This document shows positions 44,501 through 52,363 of a stretch of 52,363 nucleotides of DNA, piece by piece. Position 1 is the first letter of the stretch, and each line of letters opens with the position of its first letter. The position numbers and the translations under genes were made by a program. The notes beneath the pieces are model-generated. The model was given only the letters and a program-made list of their open reading frames with translations, was not told the origin of the DNA and did no database searches. Origin of the DNA: Chrysochromulina tobinii (taxonomy: Eukaryota); contig JWZX01002639.1 of the NCBI GenBank assembly GCA_001275005.1, positions 1 through 52,363 of the forward strand. Reading direction: 5' to 3'.

Positions 44501-46152
44501 TCATCGGAGTCCGCGAACCTTGCGACGAGCGCGGGCGCATGCTGAGCGAGCGTCGCCGCATCCAGCTGGCCAAGAGTCGAGACCGCCGCCAAACGCACAT
44601 GCGAATCGGGGTGGTCGAGCATGGCGACGATCTTGACAACGTCATCTGCCGCCAGAATACACAACGCGCCGGCTGCATTCGACCTGCCTGCAGCGTCGCC
44701 GTCGCGCACAAGCGTCACGAGCGCCTCGATGCCGCCCGCGTCCCGGATCGCCGCCGTGATGCCATCGTCTCCTGCCGCAAGATCCCACAACGCACCGGCT
44801 GCGTTCGCCTTGCCATCAGCGTCGCCATTGCGCACGAGAACCACGAGCGCCTCGATACCGCCCGCCGCTCGGATCGCTGCCTTGTTGGCATCGTCGGCTG
44901 CCGCCATAATTCGCAATGCGCCGGCTGCGTTCGCCTTGCCTGCAGCGTCGCCGTCGCGCACGAGCGTCACGAGCGCATCGATACCGCCCGCCGCTCGGAT
45001 CGCTGCCTTGATGCCATCGTTGCCGCGTGCCAGACTATCCAACGCGCCGGCTGCGTCCGCCTTGCCTGCAGCGTCGCCGTCGCGCACGAGCGCCACGAGC
45101 GCCTCGATACCGCCTGCCGCCGTTATCCCCGCCTTGTTGGCAGCGTCGCTGAACGCCAGACTCCACAACGCGCCGGCTGCGTTCGCCTTGCCTGCAGCGT
45201 CGCCGTCGCGCACGAGCGTCACGAGCGGTGCGATACCGCCCGCTGCTCGGATCGCCGCACTGATAGCATCGTCGCCGCGTGCCAGAATCCGCAACGCGCC
45301 GGCTGCGTTCGCCTTGCCTTCAGCGTCGCCGTCGCGCACGAGCGCCACGAGCGGTGCGATACCGCCAGCTGCCGTTATCCTCGCCTTATTGGCAGCGTCG
45401 CTGCACGCCACATTCCACAACGCTATGGCTCCCTTTGACTTGCCTGCAGCGTCGCCCTTGCGAGTGAGCTTTACGAGCGCCTCGATGCCGCCTGCCGCCG
45501 CGATTGTCTTCCGGTTGGCCGTGTTGCGCGCTAACTTCCACAACGCCTCCGCGGCTGCAGCCTGCTCCTCAGCGGTGCCATCTCTCAGCATCGCCACCAG
45601 CGGCGGGACGGCGCCGGCCGCGGCGAGAGACTCGCGCATTGGGTTTGTCGCTTCCCCTGGTGGTGCGTTGGCGAGAATTGCAATACCAGTCGCCGCGGGC
45701 GTCCGCACACCGATGGCGCATGCTTGCAATAATGCCACCAGCGCCACCGCATCCGCGTCGGCCACTGCGCGCACCACAGCGGCGGCGCTCTGCACCCCCC
45801 CAAACCCGACCGTAGGCTGCCCCCCCCCTTCAAGACCGGGGTTTCCCACGCTCAGAAGAGGAGCAGTCGGCGGCCATGACGCGGCTGGCGGTGCGCGTAG
45901 GATCGGCCACCAGCTCTTCCTGGCGGTGACGGCGGTGGCGGCGCCCTTGGCGCCGCCCGTTGCACCCGATGTCGATGGGGATGACCGGGCCTGCAGTGGA
46001 TTTGGCGGCGGCGGCGGTGGGCTGGCGACGGTGAACCGTGGTTCCGGCTTTGGCGGCGGAGGTGGATTGTCGACTGTGTTCTTTGGTGGCCCGTGCTGGG
46101 CCTGTGATGATGGCGGCGGTGGTGGCGGTGTGTAAACCAGCGAGCCGCGCAT
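41488..46152 (-). CDS. ARM-repeat/HEAT-repeat/WWE protein running in frame into clathrin exon 1
   Basis: About 8 ARM repeats (44640-45640), about 6 HEAT-like 37-aa repeats (44030-44630), about 13 ARM repeats (42430-44030), PMG(S)WPVDQP repeats, then WWE (VWMWEDG..GAWQLFD...YRVDLSQCTQQNVRTGFVRNLKRR). First ATG at 46152. Confidence 0.85.
41930..42160 (-). repeat. 27/30-bp coding minisatellite (PMG[S]WPVDQP)n
   Basis: About eight alternating units visible in both DNA and translation. Confidence 0.9.
42430..45640 (-). repeat. 126-bp ARM tandem array interrupted by a 111-bp HEAT-like array
   Basis: Near-identical DNA units such as GCGTTCGCCTTGCCTGCAGCGTCGCCGTCGCGCACGAGCG recur with 126-bp period. 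Confidence 0.92.
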
Positions 46153-46477
46153 CTGTGCGTCCACCTCCGCGGCAGCTTGCTGAGCCCGCGGCCGCGGCAA
46201 ACGAAGCCGGCGCCACCCTTTCACTCGTTTCCCCGTCCGAACGGAGCCTCCGACCTTTATTACGGGTACCCGGTACAGTACGGACCCAAAGCAACTCCCG
46301 GAAAAGCAAAACTATGCCCCTGCTCGGAAATGATTTTCCTCTTGACGAGCGACTTACGAGATGAACTACTGTACCGGTACTTCACAGGTCTCGAAGTTTG
46401 GGGAAAAAAGGGTCATCACACACAGGGTCCCGATGTTGGGCACAGAACAGTACCTGTACCACCACAAGACTCCTCCA

Positions 46478-47794
46478 ATGGCCCGGTTGTCGATGATGGG
46501 GGGCTTCCTCGCCATGATGGTGGGCTTCACCAGTGCAGACGCCACCTGCACAAACACGTGCAATTACGCCTTCGATCGCGTGTGTGACGATGGCGGCCCG
46601 GGCTCCAGGTATAGCGATTGCAAACTCGGCACCGATTGCTTCGACTGCGGCATATCACCCCACAAACCACCTTCCGCTCCATTGCTCCGCCGACCCCCGC
46701 CATTGGCCCGTAGCCCGTCCTGGCCCGTCCTGGCCCGACCCCCGCCGCTGCCCCGAGCCCCGCCGCTCCCGCCGCTCCCGCCACTGGTCTGCCCGGCGAT
46801 AATCGCCACCGCGCAAACTCAGCATTGGATCTACAGCATCCCATTGATCGTCCTCGTCCTCGTCCCCTTTGGGTCCTATTCACTTTGCCCGAATCCACTC
46901 TACGAACGTGGTTGTGGCGGCCGAAGACAGCACGGCATCCTCGCCCTTATATTTGCCGTGATCCTGCCTGTTTGCTACGTTCTCATCCTGGTTACTTTTC
47001 CTTACTGCGACGGACGTGGACACTCTCCAGATTTTTGTACCGCATGCCTTGGCTGGTGGTACGCGCCGATCGGAACCAGCTGGCCACTAAGCAGCATATC
47101 CCCGATCATGTTCGTCTTCACTAGCTTGTTGCTTGGCGAAATGATGGCCTCGATCTACATTGCCACAGTCTGTCTCTGCGGCTCTGAGCCAGTGCAACGC
47201 GCCATTTGGGCCAAACAGGTTCTGCTTTGGCCCTTTCTGCTTTTTCTCTTGCTCGGCTTCTTTGCTTTGTGCATTCTCACGGCTAAGGACGGTGGTTGCC
47301 AGGGTAGTCAATTGCCTTGTCCTTCCACAGGGAGCAACGGTGGATCTCGCTCCGCCTCGCGCGCGAGCGCCTCCTCCTCAACGCCGCCTCCGAGAACTGC
47401 CCGTCGCCCTCCGCGCCCTCGCCTTTCAAAGAGGCCGTGGAACATCTTCTTCTCGTCGCTCGTCCGCCGCCGCACGGCCGTGAGAAGCAGCGCCAAGTTT
47501 CTTTTCCCACCTCGCCGGGCTCCTGCCCAAGCTCCATCTCACTTGTTATCGTTTGGTAGCCTATCAGAGACGGCGACTAGCTCACTAATGTCCAACCAGG
47601 CGACTCCAGATGTGCACGTTGTGCCAAATACCCCCGTTCACGTCCTAAACCCCAAGGCTTCTATGGATACACCTCACGGTGACACGTCAGTCGGGGTTTG
47701 TACACAACCTACTTGTACGCGAGCGCGCAGGCCAGACACGCCGGTCTGCACTCCTCTCTCGAGCCCCTCTCTGCCTCCCATGCTGCCTCCCTGA
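46478..47794 (+). CDS. Membrane protein with signal peptide, Cys-rich extracellular module (CDDGGPG...C..GTDC.DCG), Pro-rich stalk and several TMs; 3' end uncertain
   Basis: Hydrophobic N-terminus from ATG 46478, 6-Cys module, hydrophobic helices. The C-terminal third is low-complexity and may be off-frame or intronic. Confidence 0.55.
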   Translation: MARLSMMGGFLAMMVGFTSADATCTNTCNYAFDRVCDDGGPGSRYSDCKLGTDCFDCGISPHKPPSAPLLRRPPPLARSPSWPVLARPPPLPRAPPLPPLPPLVCPAIIATAQTQHWIYSIPLIVLVLVPFGSYSLCPNPLYERGCGGRRQHGILALIFAVILPVCYVLILVTFPYCDGRGHSPDFCTACLGWWYAPIGTSWPLSSISPIMFVFTSLLLGEMMASIYIATVCLCGSEPVQRAIWAKQVLLWPFLLFLLLGFFALCILTAKDGGCQGSQLPCPSTGSNGGSRSASRASASSSTPPPRTARRPPRPRLSKRPWNIFFSSLVRRRTAVRSSAKFLFPPRRAPAQAPSHLLSFGSLSETATSSLMSNQATPDVHVVPNTPVHVLNPKASMDTPHGDTSVGVCTQPTCTRARRPDTPVCTPLSSPSLPPMLPP

Positions 47795-48894
47795 CACGCA
47801 CAACAGCACGGCATCCCTGACTCACGGTGGTGGGTTGGCACGCTCCTCGGCCGTCCCCCGTCCCTTGCTTGCGCTGGCTGCCACGGACTAGACGCGTTTC
47901 GAGCTGATTTCGCGCAAAGGCGGCCATCTAATCGAGACCCCATGCGTCAACAGACGAAGCCTTCTGAGCCGGCCGGCCCTCTGGGGGGGATTGCAGGGGA
48001 GACACTACACACTTTGGAATGGTTGAAAACGCATCGGTGGGCAACGAACTGCCATCAGCGATAGAGGCCCTCGTGCTTCCGGGTCCGTACCCGGCGTACC
48101 GGAGTTTTGCGCGTTGTGTTGAGCAGCAGCAGCAGCAGTACCGGTACCCGTACGGTATCTACCCAGTCTCTCGTCGTGTATAGCTTACAGGCTTACACGG
48201 TCATTAATTCGTACTCGCGGTCGCAAATCATACATGAACGATTAAGCCGCAGCGCGGCTCGTGTCCGGGATACTAATGTCGTATGTGTATCTACGCTCTT
48301 AACCACCCCGCTTTCCGCTAGCAGAGCGGCTTGATAATCTATCATACAATCAATCTCGGGGTGCTGATCACGATACTCGATACATGTAGGCCGTGGCCCG
48401 GTTTTCATAGTACATAGAAAGTCCTCGCGCCGGTCCGGTTTTCATTTAATGATTAATCTGTGGTCTGAGACTGAGTGCACTCTGCACACTATGTGAACTT
48501 TGCACAATCTGTGCACACTTTAGACGACGCTTTAGAGTACTTTTAGAATCGGAGATCTGTGCACATAAATACCGATCTGTGCACACACCGCGCTCAGCGC
48601 GGTTTAAGAATAAAATCGCCGATGAAATCAGTTGAGCGTGATTCTCTACCGGGACCCCGGCGGTAAAGACACCGGGGAGCCGGGACACACAGGACACACA
48701 AACAAGGGGACCGGTAAAAAGACAAGGGGACCGGTACGAACATGAGGCGCGGTTGTACCCCCGGGTCCCCCCACCCAGCCAGACTAGCCAGTGTGAATTC
48801 TAAACATTGGCTGTGAATAGATGAGACGGTTTGGCCTGCAACCTCGACACAAAGGTCCGCAAACGTGCCTGCGCACACACCCGCGAGCGGCGGG

Positions 48895-50031
48895 ATGGCG
48901 AGCACATCCTGCACGGCCGATCCCGCAGAGTTGGCCGCCGTGTCGCGGCTGACGGACTTTGCAGAGGTTAACGCCGCAGCGCACGCGGTAGGTACCGCCT
49001 TCCTCGAGAGCGCCGTCGCTGGACGAGCAGACCGCGCAGCGCTCGGTGCGAGAGCGCTGGCATACCTTCGCAGGCAACGAATGCTGCGACCCGCAACGGG
49101 CGAGGACGCCATCGCCGAGGTGCGAAACCTCTTGACAATTTCAGCCATGTGCGGATGGAGGCGCACCGCGCTGCAATATGCGCGTCAACTAGAAAGGCTT
49201 CCTGCATGTGCTGCCGACGATGGTTGCTTTTGCACAGCCGCAGGCCAGACGATCAACCTGCTCCGCAGCGAAATCAACTCGAGCGCCGCCGAGTCGCACT
49301 TTGCAGAAGTCGCGAAGACGCGATGTCCATATGCCACGTCGTGGCAGATGCCAACGCCGCTGCATGGCTACCAGACGGGGCTTCGAGCGCTGCCCTTTTG
49401 GAATCCAGACTCGTTTGCGGCTGGCCGGCTGCTCCGACAGAAGGGTCCGTCGTTGCTGCGCGAGCTACGCCCGTTTGTCCGACGACGTGGTGGGGGATCA
49501 GAAGACGGGTCCTCAGAACTGCAGCCGCCGCCATCGAGTCTCTGGTCCAGGGACACGGATAGCGTTGCCTACGAGCTGATCGAAGCAGGCCTGTGGAGGC
49601 AGATCACGCTCTTTGACGCGCAGCATGGCTGGAATGCATCGATCTGCACTGACCTCCTACAGAGAACGTGCGCGACGCTGAAAGCATTTGCCGCAACGGC
49701 CGACGGCAAGCGCGAGTTTGGCGGTAAGGTCAAGCTCTTTGAGCTTGGACCAGGTGCCTCGCTCTTGCCCCATTTTGGACAGAGCAACCGCCGGCTGTTC
49801 CTCCACATGGCGGTGCTGCTGCCCGCTGCAAATGCATCGGCGTCGCTACTGCGCGTCGCTGAGGAGACGCGGCGGTGGGGTTCACCCGGGGAGCTTCAGG
49901 TCTTTGACGATTCGTTCGAGCACAGCGTAAAGAATCAGGCAGGCAACGGGATTCGGGTTGTGCTGGGCGTGGAGCTGAACCACCCCGACATTGTGAGATT
50001 ACGTAGTTCAGTAAAGGCTCTTCGGTGTTGA
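48895..50031 (+). CDS. Aspartyl/asparaginyl beta-hydroxylase-like 2OG-Fe(II) oxygenase
   Basis: GLRALPFW, LGPGASLLPHFGQSNRRLFLHM, RRW..G...VFDDSFEHSV and RVVL...HPD. Confidence 0.88.
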   Translation: MASTSCTADPAELAAVSRLTDFAEVNAAAHAVGTAFLESAVAGRADRAALGARALAYLRRQRMLRPATGEDAIAEVRNLLTISAMCGWRRTALQYARQLERLPACAADDGCFCTAAGQTINLLRSEINSSAAESHFAEVAKTRCPYATSWQMPTPLHGYQTGLRALPFWNPDSFAAGRLLRQKGPSLLRELRPFVRRRGGGSEDGSSELQPPPSSLWSRDTDSVAYELIEAGLWRQITLFDAQHGWNASICTDLLQRTCATLKAFAATADGKREFGGKVKLFELGPGASLLPHFGQSNRRLFLHMAVLLPAANASASLLRVAEETRRWGSPGELQVFDDSFEHSVKNQAGNGIRVVLGVELNHPDIVRLRSSVKALRC

Positions 50032-50330
50032 CGGGGGGGAGAGTCGCGGCACTTTGCGATTTGAATAATTGAATTCGGTTGTTGAAATGTTGAATATGCT
50101 TGTGCTTGAATCCGACCGACGCGAGCATGCTCCGACGGTATTTCCTGATTTCCTGTGAACCCTGGGACGTGCTCGGGACGGCGGCCGCATGCACGTAGCC
50201 CGCGGCTCGCTCGTCTCATCTCTTGACTTGTAGAGGAATGTGCTCGGGACGACGGCTGTGTTTGCGAAACTCTCTCGCGTTCGTCTCGCACATGAAGATG
50301 ACCAACCACACGACCGACGCCTCGTGTGAA

Positions 50331-50895
50331 GATGCGCTTCGCCAAAGGATGGCCCTCTATGGTTGCCCGAAACTATGACCACCTCAACAGCACTCGCCCT
50401 CTGCTCATCAAGGGCGCAACGTCCGGCGCTTTACTCGGTGCGGGCGACATCACCTGTCAACTTCTTGAGAAGCACGAGTCCGTGGACCGTGCACGTGTCG
50501 TCCGGATGCTTGGCTGGGGCGCTCTGTTCAACGGGCCGCTTGGGCATCTGTGGTACCAAGGTCTGGATTGGGCCGTGCGATTAAAAGGCGCCCGTGGCGT
50601 TGCTGCCAAGGTGCTGCTTGACCAGCTCGTCTACACACCGCCGCTCACGTTTGGATATTTCGTGTGGCAACACGCGCTCAGCAGCGGTTCAAGTCTATCT
50701 GAGGCATGCATATCGGCATCCGAACGACTTTGGCCCACCTTGCAAGTCAATTGGCTATATTGGAGCGTGGTGCACGTGGCCACCTTTACTTTGGTGCCGC
50801 TCAACTATCGCGTAGCATTCATATCGACCAAGAACTTCTTCTGGGCCAACTATCTCTCCTGGGTAGGGAACGTCCGTAAAAATGAGTTGCATTGA
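50331..50895 (+). CDS. Mpv17/PMP22 family membrane protein
   Basis: RPLLIK..TSG...GDITCQ, GPLGHLWY..LD, KVLLDQLV, NWLYW and VPLNYRV. Confidence 0.92.
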
Positions 50896-51079
50896 ATTCC
50901 TAGTGAAGAAAGCACGGAGAGTGTAACGCACGCGTGAACATCGCGGAATTGCTAGCCGGAGCACTGCGGCAAAATACACTTTGTGATTGTGTGAGGTACG
51001 TCTGTTGAGCGAGCGCGCGCTCAGTCCTCGTCCACATCCTGATACTGCTTGAGTACTGTGTGACTGTTCGTCCAGAGCA

Positions 51080-52150
51080 TCAGTCCTCCTCCGGCCCGCG
51101 AGGCTCGTGGACGTACCGCGTGCCCGAGGCTGCACTCACAAACTCGGCGTGCACCAAGGGCGCCCTTGCAAGGAGCTCGCCAGTGGCCGCGCGTGCATTG
51201 ATACCCCAGCTGCCACGCAGCATCTCGTTTTGGAGCTGCGTGTGGCTCCAGCGCGCGTGCCCAAGACAGAGGAGAACAACAGGCAATTGCTGAGGCTGCT
51301 GCTGCTGCTGCTGCTCGCCGCCCGCTGCTGCTGCACGTTGGGCTCGCTCCGTCGCTGCCTCGAGAACCTCGAGCACGTTGACTCCATGGCGCACTCGCCC
51401 ATCCGAAGTCGCCGCGCTGCTGCCCGCATGCGACCCTTCGGTCTCTTCGTGAACGACCACAATGTCGTTTCGGGCACAAGGGCCGCCGATGAAAAACCGA
51501 ACCGTCACACCGGCCGCACGCGCCGCCGCGACAGCCGCGAGCAGGAGGTCTTTTGTGTTGAGGCGCTCCAGCATCTCTTGGATCACGTCGGACGATAGCA
51601 CCTCGCTGGGGCTGACGCCCGTGATGGCGCCATTGTCATGGACCATGATCTCCCGGCTCAGGTTGACGCCGCAGATACAATCTGAGCCGTCCGTGCCCGC
51701 GCCCGCCTCGCGCGCGTAGAGCAGGAAGACGCACGAGATCCAATGCCCTCCCCGAATGCGCAGCATCATGTTCAGCGCGGGCGGCAGCTCGCCCACGTCG
51801 CCTAACGACGTGCGAGTGGCGACAAGCAGCACGGGCGACTGAAGCGCAGCCACGATCGAGGCACCCGAGTCGGGCCGCACGAGATCGAGCAGCGCCTCGC
51901 TCGAAAGCCGAGCGGTTCGCAATCGAGCATGGCAGACCTCGCACTTCAGAAAGCGCTCGGGGTCGTAGTTGTGGCGCTCCCTCGAAGCGGCTTCAAGCAG
52001 CCGATGCGCCTGCCACTTTTGCTGACAGCTCAGATGGACCCATTTTTGAAAGCCGGAGCAGTCGCACGGCGCGATGAGCTCTTCCGAATCGTCACCTTCA
52101 AAGCAGAAGCGGCACCGAGGCGCGTCGGCAGCCGAGTCGCCCTCTGCCAT
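51080..52150 (-). CDS. RING-CH (RINGv) E3-ligase domain plus DUF179/AlgH-like C-terminal domain
   Basis: CRFC...LIAPCDCSGFQKWVHLSC..KW...CEVC, then GVNLSR, FIGGP and LGHARWSHTQLQNEMLRGSW. ATG at 52150. Confidence 0.8.
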   Translation of the reverse strand: MAEGDSAADAPRCRFCFEGDDSEELIAPCDCSGFQKWVHLSCQQKWQAHRLLEAASRERHNYDPERFLKCEVCHARLRTARLSSEALLDLVRPDSGASIVAALQSPVLLVATRTSLGDVGELPPALNMMLRIRGGHWISCVFLLYAREAGAGTDGSDCICGVNLSREIMVHDNGAITGVSPSEVLSSDVIQEMLERLNTKDLLLAAVAAARAAGVTVRFFIGGPCARNDIVVVHEETEGSHAGSSAATSDGRVRHGVNVLEVLEAATERAQRAAAAGGEQQQQQQPQQLPVVLLCLGHARWSHTQLQNEMLRGSWGINARAATGELLARAPLVHAEFVSAASGTRYVHEPRGPEED

Positions 52151-52363
52151 CCTCGAGAGAGGGAGCGCCCGGCCACAACTGTGAACATGTAGGTGTGAAT
52201 GTGGATTGAAATATTTTGCCGCTTGACCCCAACAGTTAAGCGGCCGTGAACTCAACGTGTGATGAGACAGTTGGCAGAGCTACCACAGAGGCCCAACCAG
52301 GGGGAAGGGGTATTGGGCATATGGGGTACCGTGCGGACGCATACCGGGAGATATGCTGCTCAT

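Noticed and set aside
42430..45640. Regularly spaced repeats resembling a CRISPR array
   Set aside because: Units are 126/111-bp in-frame coding repeats without unique spacers; eukaryotic context; no cas genes.
42425..46135. Long plus-strand ORFs (569, 504, 344 aa) over the ARM array
   Set aside because: Antisense shadows of a GC-rich repetitive coding sequence; no independent motifs.
47900..48800. AT-richer spacer with ATCTGTGCACA x3 as a transposon
   Set aside because: No transposase ORF, terminal inverted repeats or TSD could be identified.

Overview
GC-rich, gene-dense eukaryotic nuclear DNA with spliceosomal introns. It is most likely a haptophyte alga (Chrysochromulina-like); this is an inference from gene content and intron style. 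About 19 protein-coding loci can be supported: FkbM methyltransferase, Orai-like channel, thioredoxin/TMX, choline-transporter-like, MLO fused to 4 EF-hands, a 2OG-like/kinase/ZZ protein, PUS7/TruD, a YABBY/HMG-type protein, a ~2,850-aa Kelch-filamin-TTLL3-like gene, PCIF1/CAPAM, clathrin heavy chain, an ARM/HEAT/WWE repeat protein, AspH-like hydroxylase, Mpv17/PMP22 and RING-CH/DUF179. Two things stand out. (1) A modular ARM/HEAT repeat ORF runs in frame, with no intervening Met, into a clathrin heavy chain copy. The WWE domain and the clathrin moiety each follow a copy of the same 74-bp linker, and a 1-nt frameshift cuts clathrin just after its terminal domain, giving an integrated-domain/decoy-like chimera. 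(2) At least six introns are bounded by 13-27-bp duplications of the exon junction, mostly filled with branch-point-like CTGAT repeats, and two share an identical 20-nt acceptor; this suggests an active intron-gain mechanism. All calls are by eye from the sequence; no database search was run.
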